Shown here: piece by piece, positions 50,955 to 63,440 of the stretch
How positions within the stretch are numbered: the stretch's first letter is position 1
How the letters are laid out: every line of letters starts with the position of its first letter
Assembly: GCF_009914755.1 (NCBI RefSeq)
Contig: NC_060939.1
Strand: one strand, 5' to 3'
DNA length: 64,000 nt
From: the human T2T-CHM13v2.0 reference genome, Homo sapiens
Made by a program: the position numbers and the translations under genes
Notes under the pieces: model-generated
The model's database searches: none
Told to the model about the DNA's origin: nothing
What the model saw: only the letters and a program-made list of their open reading frames with translations

Positions 50955-52250
50955 AAGAGAGAATCAAGGATGACTCTTGGGTGTTTTGGCCTAAGAAACT
51001 GCGTAAATTGTGGCACCATTAACTGAGATGGCAAAGGTTTAGACTAGTGATTCCCCAAGTGTGGCCCCCAGGGCAGCAGGATGAGAATTACCCAGCCCTG
51101 CCCCAGAACTACTGAGTCAGAAACTTGAGGGATCCAGCAACCTGCTTTAGCATGCCTCCTGTTTCTTCCATTTCCGATGCATGGTAATATTTGAAGAGTG
51201 GTGATTTAGAGGATATATCAGAAGTGAAGCAATTTTAGGTATTTTAGGCAGGAAAGCATTTAAGGTAATAAGTGCTTTAAAACCCATAAAAGGAGTGGTA
51301 GGGGGGAAACACAGGTCATGGGAGGGTGCCTCTGCTAGCTTGGTTCACCTCCAGCTTTCAAAAAGATAGGAAGTTGCAGGAAATTCAGAAAACTTCTTGC
51401 AATAATTTCAGCTTCAGAGGTAGATGATTCATAGAAAAAGGCTGGAAGCCACCCCCTCGTTGCCTAAGGTCCAGGAGGAACAATTATTTGGCTTCTGCTT
51501 ATTTTCCTCCCTCCAAATCTCACACAGATGCTTCTTACTGGTGGGCTCTAAACTGGAAGCCCATAGGCAGGGGTTCTGGGGAATGTAATTGACAGATGCC
51601 CAGCCCCTGTGATCGGGGGCAGAGCATAAAGGGAAGAATGGTGTTGAGTTGCCAGCAGACCATCCAGCACAGACAGGAAAAAAAAAAACAAGAGTTATGT
51701 TTGAGGTGAGGATGACACATTTTTGTGGAAGTGTGAGGCAGGCAGTTGCACACCTGAGACAGAGACTCAGGGGTGAGGTTGGAGAGGAAGATCTCAATGT
51801 GAAAGTCTTCATCATACAGATGGCATTGAAAGCCTTGAATTCCTAAGATAGCATTGTCAGAGACAGCATGCAGCTGCAGAAGGTATTAGGAGACTCAGAA
51901 TGGAGCCCTTTTTGACCAGAGAAAGAACAAATAGTCAAGGACCTAGAGAAGAAGGGGCCATCCTAGAAAGTGGATGGACTGTCTGGAAGCCTGAGGTGGG
52001 AATGTCTGAAGAGAAGGAGGGCCTGATGCAGTCAGAGGCTGCAGGAGGTCTTGTTTGATGGAGATAGACAATGGACTCTTTGGCTGGCAAGATGAAAGCT
52101 ACTGGTGAAACAAAAGAAGCCACTTTCAGAGGCATGGCGGGGACGAAACTGTCTGCAAGTGATTGAGGGAGAATGAGCATAAAGGACGAGGAAGTGGAGA
52201 AGACAGGGAATTGGCATCCCATTCAAGGACATTTACTATGAAAGGGGACA
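50955..52250 (-). mobile_element. L2 interrupted by a MER5A and an LTR-like segment
   Basis: GAATCAAGGATGACTC...ACTGAGATGG; later GTTTGAGGTG...GGAAGTGGAGAAGACAGG. Confidence 0.6.
51045..51205. mobile_element. MER5A-like MITE
   Basis: AGTGATTCCCCAAGTGTGG...CCCCAGAACTACTGAGTCAGAAACT. Confidence 0.7.
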
Positions 52251-53165
52251 GAGGACTGCACCACTGCCAGGGTCTTGGCTGTTTAGAGGAATAAACTCAA
52301 TCTCAGAGAGTTTCTATGACTTGACCAAGGTCTCAGACTAGTAGGTGGCATTGAAACCCATTTACCCTGAGGCTGACTGTCACCAAGTCCTGTGCTCTGT
52401 TTCCTCCCCCAGATAGACATTCCACAATTGTTCAAGTTGTTCCTTTCTCTGGATTTGTTTTCTGATACTTATTAGAAAGAAACTAAATTTCCTAGTTACT
52501 CCACAAAGCGTCTTTTCAGGAGGTGACTTTTTTCTTATTGGAAAAGAGATGTAATTAGGCAGAAGCAGGGGTGAGGCCCCAGGCTGGTCTTTGTATCTTC
52601 AAAAGCAAATGCCTTCTGCTAATTTCCTTCCATAAGAACTTTCACAGAAAAAGAAGTTTCAACGTGATAACAGGGAGAAGGAAGATTGACACCCCCTCCC
52701 TTTGATTGCCCCAGGTTAATAAGCCAGTGTTTGTGTAAAGGGACTGGCTCCAATGGCTACATGAATCTAAGCCAGCCAAAAAAGATAACTCTAAAAATAA
52801 TCACAACATGGGCAAGTGAGCACTACTCTGAGATGGGGTCCGGAGCTGCCTGTCACTCACTGTCTTCCCTAAGGACATAAGATGTCACTACCCACCAGGG
52901 CCCAAACCATAGATTGGCCATTAGATGTGAATCCTTCCTGCGTGACATGAGATGCACTTGATTTAGTCAACCCAAGAGAGGCTGAAACAGCAGTGGCTTC
53001 TGCAGAGATGCTAGAATGATCTACTCATCAACCGGTTTGACTGAATTTACCCTTTGTAACCTGATGCTTGGAATCCTGGTCACGCGTGCTCCCATACACA
53101 CTAGAAATTACCACCAAATCAGTATTCTCACAAAGCAAATAATAGAAGTAAGAAAGGGTGACCTG

Positions 53166-53460
53166 GGCCAGGTGCAGTGGCTCATGCCTACAATCCCAGC
53201 ACTTTGAAAGGAGGCCGAGGTGGGCAGATCTCAGAGCTCAAAAGTTTGAGACCAGCCTAGGAAACATGGCGAAACCTTGCCTCTACAAAAAAAAAAAAAA
53301 AAATTAGTCGGGTCTAGTGGTGCACACCTGTAGTCCCAGCTACTTGGGAGGCTGAGGTGGGAGGGCTGCCTGAGCCCAGGAAGTCGAGGCTGAAGTGAGC
53401 TAAGATTGTACCAATACACACCAGTCTGGGCGATAGAGCAAGACTCTGTCTCAAAAAAAA
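53166..53460 (+). mobile_element. AluJ
   Basis: Dimer with A-rich linker; CTGAGCCCAGGAAGTCGAGGCTG J-type right arm. Confidence 0.93.
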
Positions 53461-53604
53461 GAGGTGGAGGTGGGGGGTGATCTGATTTGAATTCCACCCT
53501 GAAATAGAAAAATAAATTTTATCTTATTTTCTTTCTTTATTAATTTAGTTAGAAAAGTAACACATGGACATTGTAGGGCAAAATGAAGAATTACATTTCA
53601 GCAG

Positions 53605-55376
53605 TGTGGTGAACACGACGACGCCCCACCCAGATTCCCATTCAAGAAAAGACTGGTTGCCCCAGCTGCTGGGGGTGCCGTGGGCTGATAGCTCCAGCTG
53701 TCAGATCTTTCAGCTCCTGAAAGCTGCTCAGTCATGAGCATGCCCTTCCCAGGGAAGCCTACATCCCGTGACTCATCACAGATGCCTGGCTATTTCTGTC
53801 CAACAGGGGACAACTTGGGCCATGCATGCTCCAGAGCTCCCGGGGCTGGGCAAAGGCTTTATCAAGCCTGCACTCAAGCTTTACTCCTTCCTTTGCCCAA
53901 ACCTGCTGCCTCTCCCTTCCTCTCATGGGTGTTAGTACCCATAAAAATCCCATCTGCTTTCAGAGAACGCAACCTAGGATAATTGGTACTGGGGGTGGTT
54001 CAAGAAAGCAGGCTGGAGTTTCTGAGGAGGAGCACTGGCTGCCAGCTGGCAATGAGGACCCCATCACTGGTGGTGGGTGGAGCATGGACAGCCTCCGGCA
54101 TGAGGTAGCAGTCCAGTTGTTAAAACTCTCAGCTTTGATGAGCTGGGATGGCACGACAATGGAAGACAATACATTTGATGGAGCAACTGACCACAAGTAC
54201 GTACTGGGGTGGGACTATAGGACTATAACTATAAGGATAATGGCTTGAAAGGCTATTGTTAAGCACCACTGATATTCTAGAAAACGTTCCTGAAAAGCTA
54301 CAATTGAAAGGCAAGTATGAAAGCCAGAGGACCTTCCTGGTACCTAACAAAGAGGCTTTCATGTCCTGCAGTGGGAGGACAGAGAAAGCTGAGGCCCAGG
54401 CTCAGGACTTCATAGTAAGAGCAGACAAACTCCAGAGAAGTTCAGTCCTCAACCAAAACAGCTCTGTTATGTTAAAGACAGGGTCCTGGAGTGGGAAAAA
54501 TCAGGCCCACATTTTTGGAATGAGAATATCTAGGCAGATGCCTCTGGAATTTTGAATTCCCAGATTCCTCGGAATTCTCCACACCTGCAAAAAAAAAAAA
54601 AAAAAAAAAAAGTCCTAACCCTCCCTATGAAGGTCTAAGATTTAATGCAGAAGCTGCTTCCCCATTAGACAACATACAACCCTTTCAGGATTTGCCCCTG
54701 CCTCCTCTCCTGCCCATTAGGCCTGTAATAGGGCTAAGTCACAACATAACCAGTCTGTGGGCCTGTTACAGGAGGAAAGGAGCTATATCCCAAACAGGCT
54801 GTAAGCTCTAGCCATGATGTGCTAGCAGGAGGGGGGGTGTTTAATCAGTGACCATGGGTGTTCAATCAGTGGGGTGAGAACATGGCTCAGGCAGAGTATA
54901 TTGATTTGGGAGCTCTCTCCCAAGATACACCTTGTCAAGAAGTCTGGGAAATGATGCAAACTTGCTACTATGATGGACCCTAGAAACACGGAACAAGTGA
55001 CAGTTCATGCGAAGTGAAGTTGAAATACCAGAACTGCATGGCAGATGCTGCAGGAAGGGATTAAAAGGCTCTGCGAAGTAGGCATTCTGGAGTAAATATA
55101 TCATGTGCAGCCAGAAGATACAACAGATGTTCCAATGTTCAACAGATGTGCTAAGAAAGACTCAAAGGAGATACCATTTTCTAAGGCCAGGAGTTAGGGG
55201 CACCAACATCACTAAGATGTTCAGAGGTGGCTGTCCCCGGTAAGAAGGGCTGATCTCCTTCCACTCAATGCTGCTTCTGCTCCCTCCTTTCCACAACTGT
55301 TGATAGCTAATAAACATCTTGTAACCCATACTTCATTCATCTCAGTGTCTACCTCCAGAGAACCCAACGTGTGCCA
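53605..55376 (+). mobile_element. Decayed ERVL provirus: LTR16C-type LTR (53605-~53981), ERV3-16A3/HERV16-like internal region, 3' LTR remnant (~55255-55376)
   Basis: CCCAGATTCCC...CCCAGCTGCTGGG...CAGCTGTCAG...TCCAGAGCTCCC LTR16C motifs; a second AATAAAC...CAGAGAACCCAAC LTR end; gag-like peptide inside. Confidence 0.75.
54885..55095 (+). pseudogene. ERVL gag remnant
   Basis: Manual translation gives AQAEYIDLGALSQDT, EVEIPEL and EGIKRLCEVGILE*, resembling the ERV-L Gag segment DQAEFIDLGPLS...EEGIQRLREIGMLEW; frameshifted. Confidence 0.7.
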
Positions 55377-55704
55377 AAGAAAAAGAAAAAAAGAATGTGA
55401 ATTAAAGTCACCTCAAATCACAACCCCCCACTACCACCATAAACATAGTGTGTCTTGAAGACATGATAGCTCTGTCATAAGAATATGAAATCAACCAAAC
55501 AAATTGTAAACTGTTAAAGTCACCCTTCTGTTTATTCAATGACAATGTCAAAATCTCAACTTTTTCATCAGAATAAAATATAAAAGCCTGCCAGTACCAT
55601 ATGTAAGTGATCTTTAGCCCCCAAACATTTTAAGAATTCTACATTTATGCCTTCCAGACATAACAACGTCCAATATTTTGTAGTATCCAGACCTCTTGAC
55701 CTGG

Positions 55705-56269
55705 GTGTCAATTCTCTCTTACCATGTAGCAAATTACCATCAACTTAGCAGCTTCAGACAACACGCACATTATCTCGTAGTAAGTGAGCATTGTCTTCAA
55801 CTGGCCATGAATAAATTGTGTTATTTTCTTTACAGCCTCTTAAGAGGCTGCAATCAAAGTGTTGCCCTGGGCTGGAGTCTCATCTGAATGCTCAGCTAGG
55901 GAAGGATCCCTCTCCAAACTCACTCAGTGATTGTGAGCAGGATTCAGTTCCCCTCTGTGGGTTGTTGAACTGGAACCTCATTTTTCCAATGGCTGTTGGT
56001 GGCAAGCCACCCTCCTTTCCTTGCCATGAGGACCTTTTCCACGTGGAAGCTGCTTCATCAAAGTGAGCAAGCCAAGAAGACAATAGAGGGAGTCTCAGTG
56101 CAAGATGGAAGTCACCAAATCTGTAACCTCATCATGGAGTTGACATTTCCTCGATGTTGCAAAATTCTATCAGTTAGAAACAAATTATTCAAGGGAAAAA
56201 GATTACATAAAGCTGTGAATACCAGGAGAGAGATGTCATTGGGCACCATCTTAGAGGCTGCCCACCACA
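55705..56269 (-). mobile_element. MLT1F-type solo LTR
   Basis: AGGCTGCAATCAA...CCAAACTCACTCA...GCAGGATTCAGTTCC...CAAGATGGAAGTCAC...GTGAATACCAGGAG...CCATCTTAGAGGCTGCCCACCACA. Confidence 0.85.
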
Positions 56270-56329
56270 TTAAATATGTGCATATTTATGTTCACAAAGG
56301 TGGAATTGTGCTGTTTGATAATCTTCAAA

Positions 56330-56620
56330 TTTCTAAAATGCAAATGACTTTCTATATCCATAACAGTCGTCTGTATATCGTTGTTAATGGCTGCATAGTA
56401 TTCCATTGAATCACTGTCATGATTTATTCACCAAGCCCTACTACTGAACATGAGATTTTTTTCCAGTTTTTATTTCTACAAGTGATGCTGTTATGCACAT
56501 CCTTGTATCTAAACATTTCCACACTCATTTATATATTTTCTTGGGAAAGAATTCCTAGAGATGAGTGGCATTGTTGAGTTGGAAGACAATGCTCTTTTTA
56601 AAGACTTGTTACTTTATGAA
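56330..56620 (-). mobile_element. Old L1M fragment
   Basis: TAATGGCTGCATAGTATTCCATTG...TTCCAGTTTTT...ATTCCTAGA... Confidence 0.65.
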
Positions 56621-57060
56621 ATCTTTTTAATTGATCTCCAAATAAAGGACTTGTTAGATTGGCGAGAGCTCTCCCTTCCTCCCAGTGGTAAAGCATGCTT
56701 CTCTTTCCAGGGCATGCCTATGTGCAGGAGAAGCCAGCCTCCTTCTGGTGGGTCTGTATATTCCATTCTTACTATCAAATCACCCTACATAATGGGAACC
56801 CCATATAACAAGGCTTCTATTATATCACCAAATTGCCCTCAAGAGAAGTTGTTCCAATTTACCATGTTGTGAACAGTGTATGGGATTTATCCCCATTTAT
56901 TTTAGATCTGTTATATGAGAAGGTCCATCCTTAATGAAGTACATATGTGGGTTTTATGCTGTTCCATTTCCCAGATGCCTCTGGAGCCAGGCAGAGATCA
57001 CAAGTGTGAGGGGACTTCAAAACGTTCGTGGAAAACATGGAACTGAAACATAAAAATAGA

Positions 57061-57183
57061 AGCCAGGCATAGTGGCATGCATCTGTAGTCCCAGCTACTC
57101 AGGAGCCTGAGGAAGGAAGATTGCTTGAGCCCAGGAGTTTGAAACCAGCCTGGGCAACATAGCACGATCCTGTCTCTAAAAAT
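57061..57183 (+). mobile_element. FLAM_A-like Alu monomer inserted in Hsmar2
   Basis: GCCAGGCATAGTGGCATGCATCTGTAGTCCCAGCTACTC...TTGAGCCCAGGAGTTTG...CCTGGGCAACATAG...GTCTCTAAAA. Confidence 0.85.
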
Positions 57184-57192
57184 AAGAAGAAC

Positions 57193-57244
57193 AAGAAGGA
57201 GGAGGAGGAGAAGGAGAAGGAGGAGAAGGAGGAGGAGGAGGGAA

Positions 57245-57279
<35 letters not shown>

Positions 57280-57395
57280 AGAAGAAGAAGAAGAAGAAGA
57301 AGAAGAAGAAGAAGAGGAAGGAGGAGGAGGAGGAGAAGGAGAAGGAGGAGAAGGAGGAGGAGGGAAGAAGAAGAGGAAGGAGAAGAAGAAGAGGA

Positions 57396-57428
<33 letters not shown>

Positions 57429-57436
57429 GGAAGAAA
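57193..57436. repeat. Pure-purine (GAA/GGA)n tract including perfect (GAA)19 at 57257-57313
   Basis: Direct reading; 244 nt without a pyrimidine. Confidence 0.97.
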
Positions 57437-57442
57437 TAAACT

Positions 57443-58465
57443 TTATTTCTCAACACAATCTCCATGAAGGTCAAGACAATTTTGTAGGTGATAATACTAG
57501 CCATTTAATCCATCCCTAAACAACGTAGCGTCCTTGGAATTTAACATGTTAATGCAATATTTTCTACATTATTCACTAAAGAAAAATGGGTGCCCTTTAC
57601 AGATTTCTTTTAGGATTAGGAAGCAAAAAGAAGTCAGAAGGAGCTAGATCAGGACTATAAGGTGAATTCCAAATGATTTCCCATTTAAATTATCATAAAA
57701 TTGCCCTTGTTTGATAAGGAGTGAGCAGGTGCATTTTTGTGGTGAAGAAGGACTCTCTGGTGAAACTTTCCCAGCAGTTTTCAGGCTAAAGCTGTGGCTA
57801 ACTTTCTCAAAACGCTCTCATCTAAGCAGATGTTATCATTCTTTAGCTCTCCAAAAAGACAACAAGCAAAATGATTTGAACATCCCAAAAAACTGTTGCC
57901 ATGACCTTCACTCTTGGCTGATCCATGTTTGCTTTAATGGGACCACTTCCTTCTCTTGGTTGCCATTGCTTTGGTTGTGCTTTGTCTTCAGGATCATGCT
58001 GGTAAAGCCATGTTCCAACTCCTGCTACAATTCTTCAAAGAAATGCTTCCAGATCTTGATCCCACTTGTTTAAAACTTCCATTGAAAGCTGTGCTTTGGT
58101 CTGCAGCTGACCTGGGTGCAATGATCTTGGCACCCATTGAGTAGAAAGTTAGCTCAACTTTAATTTTTCAGTCAGAAACATGTAAGCTGAGCCAACTGAG
58201 ATGTCTTTGGTGTTGGCTGTTAATCATTGGTCCACTTCAATTAGGACATGAACAAGATTAATTTTTTTCCTTAAAAATTGATGTGGATGATCTGCTGCTG
58301 CAGGCTTCATCTTCAAAACACATTATTCATTTGTAAACTGCTAATTTCTTTGGGGGCATTGGCTTCATAAAATCTTTGTAAAGCATCAGTTATTTTACCA
58401 TACTTCAATCCAAGCTTCACTATAAATTTGATGTTTGCTCTTGCTTCAATTTTAGCAGAATTCAT
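57443..58465 (-). pseudogene. Hsmar2 transposase pseudogene
   Basis: Manual translation: MNSAKIEARANIKFIVKLG..., WLYQHDPEDKAQ..., LLHHKNAPAH, PYSPDLAPSDFF, ...VEK*; frameshifts, and two of three catalytic Asp lost. Confidence 0.9.
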
Positions 58466-61400
58466 GTTGCTCTGATAGGGGCTCTTTTCAGACTGAGGTC
58501 TTATCTTTCTTAGTGCCTCAATCTAGATCCTGTTCAGACATGTTATAACAAGTTAGTATGAGTTTATTTTCTTGCAACAAATTTTTGAAATCCATGCATA
58601 GTTTTTTTCATAATATGTATTTTTCATGAACATTTTGAAAACCTCTCATATGTGAGTCAGGCTAGATGTAAATCACCAAAAAGTGGGGACCCTGTAAAGA
58701 ACTGGAATGTCTATGGCCCACTGAAGGCCTTCATATTCAAAAACATTTTTAAACACGTTGCTGGGCCAACAAAATATTTTTGTGGCTCAGATTATATGTG
58801 GGCTATGAATTTATAATCCATGATTTATTCCTGAGAAACAATTGGTAATTTTTAAAAAGTAGAATTGTTGCCTCTGATCATGAAACAAAAGCATTTCCTA
58901 AGCAAAGCCAATTGGCTCATACAAGTGACCGTGTGTAGTAAAATATTCAGTCCTTACTACATAAAAAATCATACAAAGTGGGCCATCAGGAACTCCAAGA
59001 TGGACAAAGAACACAAAAATGACCAGACTTTCTCTTCTTGGGATGCAAAACTAGGTGTCATAAAAAGCATAACTGAATGAACAAATGATGACAGCTTCTT
59101 GCTACAGTGTTCACTTTCTCCTTACCTGCTATGGGAACAGAGCTCTCTCCTTTTGAGAACCTGGGAGTAATGGGAGATGCATTTATAAATACACCCACAC
59201 TTTCTGTGAATCTCAGCAGCTTCAATTCCACATCCCTGGAGAACTGACTATAGGAATCCATTAAGTTAATGAGGGGTTAGGTGCAGCTATATCTGTGCAA
59301 CATGTGACAAGCATCACCCCATAATTGAATAAGGGATCTTTTTGCAAAAACTCTGAGGGAAAGTTATGGCTTCTATTTCTTAACTACCAGAGTGCTGGGC
59401 ACAGTGCAGGGTACATAAGGGGAAGATATTTAGTAACTACCTGATGTTTGGTGCAGACTTCATGAATACAAATGCTGTGTTAATGTAACCCCCCTCCTCC
59501 TCCCGCAAGAAAGTGGATTTACTGTTTTATATACCTTCCTTTGGAGAGTAGGGGGTGGGGGCATTAAGAGAAAGACTCTCGGTCTAATTTTATACTATAA
59601 GGATAACTGGGCAAAGTGGAGACAATTTATATTTTTTAACTTTTAAATGTAAACAGCTAGAAATGCACACCTACTCTGGTTGTGCCCAAATCAGGGATAG
59701 TGCAAAGTGTCAAAGTATTATTAATTTTCATTGATCATGCAAGGTGTCAATCTGTTACTGATTTTCATTATTGATTATTGGAAGAACTGCTCAAATTTAA
59801 TTTCTTCACCAAGGCTAGCAGCATTAATGAAAAGACCCATCTGCAGAGATTACCTGGACTTTCCAACCAAGTTTTGATGATACAGGTGCATCTCCCCTCG
59901 ATTTGTTTGCCTTGAATACTGATTTCCACAGACAATATGTCCACTTTTCATCTCAGTTCCAATTATATGGTGATGGAAACTGGCTTCCAGGAGTTCAGGT
60001 TAGTCGATAAGCAAAAGGCAAGATTCTTGCCCTCCAGTTGGTTGTAACCTCTCCAAATTCCTATTCTCATCCTCTCACTTTCTCCTTTGACCCCTCCCTG
60101 CCCCAGGATTTACCTGCCACTGGCTCAGACCAAGTCCGCTGTCTTTCCGGGGCCCCTCGTCTAGCACAGTGTCACCTGGTGGCCCCCCTCCGCTATTACA
60201 GCAGGACAACAACAGCAGGAGAAAACCTACCCAATCCTTGAAAATGAAGACAGCCAAGATTAACCACATAAAAGAAAGCAAATGACCGATATAGAGAAAC
60301 AGAGAAAGAGAGAAAAAAAAATCTTCCTTCTATGGAACTTCCCATAGATTCAAAAGTTGCATGAAAACAGGGTAAGAATTGATTCTGTGGAGACTATTTA
60401 CAAACATCAAAACTATACTTCTGTTCACATCTTTTCTCAAAATACCTTTTATATTGTAATGGTCAGAGAATGAGGAGGACTTTTGAGTGGTTAACCATTC
60501 CCTAAGGAAGTTCTCTCTTTACTGGCTTCTGAAAGCAAAACTATAAAATGTTTTTCTATTCTCTAGCAAATTATGATGATTCATCAATATTATTGATACT
60601 TAAGAGTTTATCCTTTCAAATGGCTGCAGCAAACCTCGGAACAACAATTCGTACCTCATGCAAAGCACCTGATGTTCACAAAGGCTGGCTGGGTACCGTA
60701 ATCCTGGGTCCTGGCTGGTATTTTGCCATGTAAAGAAGAAAAGAACAAAGTGGCAGTTATCTTTTTTTTTTTTTTTAGCTATGTTTTGGAAATGACCCCA
60801 AAAATGTTTATTGGATGTGATTTTTACATTTATCTATTTTTAAAATGGGTGTTGCTTAGTGATTTCTGCCCTACCATTATTTGTGGTGAATTCCATTGTA
60901 GAGACTGAGAAAAAGAAGTTCTTTTCCTGCCAGTTTCATCTTCCCCACTGATTTCCTCACCCAATGCATGCCCCTAATGGAGCTTGAAATGAATGCAGCT
61001 TGGCTTTTGTTTTCTTCCTTTGTTGGCACACCTCTGCCAGAGGCCAGCTGTGGTCTGAGCTGCGGGCACTCATCCTGCAGGGAGGAGTCTGTTCCTCCCA
61101 GAGGCTGGAAACCAGAGGGAAAGAAGGGCAGGAGAGGATGGGTTTCCTTTTGCTAGGCCTTGAGCCACAAGTGAATATTACCTTTTGAAATGAGCTGCAC
61201 TACAGAAAATAAGAGCTTTATAAAATACACGAGAGCCAGGAAGCTAGCAATCCAGTTGGAAAGGTAGAAAGACAACATTAGAAAATGTAAGTGGTCCTCA
61301 TGCCGGATGAAGTCCCTTATACCTTAAAAACTGCAACATAAATGCAGTATTCTCAAACGTATCCTTGCTGGCCTAAATGTGGATTATTCACACAGACCAA

Positions 61401-63214
61401 AAAAAGGGAAAGAGAAGGACATCGGTTAAGAAAGTCCTCCAGGGCATCTAACTGTTACCGATTCTGCATTCCTGAACTCTCCCCATACAGCCAAAAGCTG
61501 ATGGACTTGAGCCCGTGGGTCCCTCCAGTAAAATTGAGAGAGTTTGGCTAAAGATCTTATGGGGATTTAGAGGGGTATGATAACCACCTCTAGAGCCTTT
61601 CCTCCTCTAAGACTCCCAGTCTTTTCCCTTGGGAAGAAAACTAGAAGCTCAAGCTGGCCTTCCTGATCTCTCTCCGGCCCATGCTCTGCTATATTGGGAA
61701 AGTCACACGCATTTCTCTGACTCAGTGTGTGAGTAACTTAGATGCTCACAGGGATTGCTGTGATGAGCCCAATCTACCTCCCAGTGATGTCAGATAGCTT
61801 GAGGCCATGGCTTTTCCCAGGGCCACTTTAGGGAAATTTACTGAACTGCTTTCAGACCTTAAGAGCAATGCAGTGCCCTCTTGTCATCTCAGTGAATTTC
61901 CAGAAACCTCCAAGATGGACTGCATTTTCTCCATTGGATCAAGGATATAACGGAGGGTTCTGTTACTGCCCAAGGATTTGGAAGTGAATAAATCATAGCT
62001 ATTACCATATTATAACATGTTGACATAGAGGCAGATACACAGTTATAGATCCCTATATAGAATTGCCAAAATTATCTCCCTGTTAGTAAACATTTACTCT
62101 AAGCCTCAGTTATATCTGGGATTTCAATGTACCCTAAGGAATATTTGTAACACAAAAGCATGCAACACTACTAGGTCATAAAGATAGTCTTTCCAAACAA
62201 ATGTTAACACTAATAAATGCTAAATAGTTATAATGCCCGCTTAGAGTTTGGAAGAGTTTGAGACCATTTGGATTTTACAGATCTCTAAGAAACCGTCCAA
62301 GGAAAATTAAATTACTGTCGTCTTTTTTATCTCAATAAATTCTCTCCTAGCAAAGAAAAAACGTTATTCCAAAATATGTAGTAGTCTCCACGCTGCTGCA
62401 TTCAAGGTGACGATAATTATTCTCACAGAGAGCTGAGCAGTGCGGGATGACTGGAAGACCTCACCAAGGACTTTATTTGTGGAGATTTGGAAAGTCTCTT
62501 TATTATGATCCTCATACTTGTCTACCCCTCCCCCATGTTAATGTATCTTCTGTGTTGCTTCCTGCACGAAATCACCAGCAGTGGTGTCTGAGCGATGGTG
62601 AGGTAGCCGGGGACATAGCCCGCTCTGCCTGCGTTTGCTGTTGAGACTGGGACACCACGTGGATGTGAAGCCACCGCGTATTTTCTTTGAATCGCCCCCT
62701 CACTCCAAAAGCTGGGGGTTTGCTGTGATTCTCAGCCATGAACAGAGACATCCAGGTTGGGTGATGATGAGGTCGTCACAAGGTGAACAGGATGTAAGAA
62801 AGGAGCCCTGAAGTGTCTCCAAGGTTTTTGGCCCAACGGGGGAATGTGTTACAGCCTGTTTTCCTCCCCTGAAAATTGCGACATGAATATTAGGTAGATG
62901 CTTACAAAACATCAAAGAAAGGTTGAAAATTGTCTGCAAAACCAATTTTACTAAATATGTGTGCTTATATCGTTTATTGAGAAAGAATATTAAGCTCTGG
63001 CAAAAAAAGAACCTCAGTGCAGAGAAAATAGGCATAACAAATTTTAATAACTGTTTTCCTGATTACAGAGTAATTAATGATCATTGTAGAAAATTTATAA
63101 AACAGAGAAAAGTATGAAGAAAAATCAAGATCAATGCCAATTTTACTACCTTGAGATAACTGCTGTTTTATAAAAAATTATATATATTTATCCTTTCTAT
63201 TTTTGCATTATCAT

Positions 63215-63440
63215 AAATAATAAAGTTCTCTATGAAATGAGCACTTACTTTATGCTAACATTCTGCTAAGTGCTTTAGACACATTATCTTAGTTTATTCT
63301 CACTAAAACCTGTGAATTAAGTATTATTATTGTTCCCATTTAACATCAAGGAACTAAAACAGACCAAGATCACACAAATAGCAAAAGATAAAGATGAGTT
63401 CTGAGCCCCGATAGGTGTGATCTCAGAATCAACTCTAAAC
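63215..63440 (-). mobile_element. MIR
   Basis: TGAGCACTTACT...CTAAGTGCTTT...CCCATTT...CCAAGATCACAC. Confidence 0.8.

Larger units (their letters stand above)
57007..58648 (-). mobile_element. Hsmar2 mariner DNA transposon, near full length, both TIRs present
   Basis: TIRs TGAGGGGACTTCAAAACGTTCGTGGAAAA and TTTTCATGAACATTTTGAAAACCTCTCA; TA flank on the right, TG on the left; transposase remnant on the minus strand. Confidence 0.92.

Noticed and set aside
56998-57504. 168-aa ORF with poly-F/P/S/L
   Set aside because: Translation of the TTC/TCC microsatellite strand plus an Alu monomer
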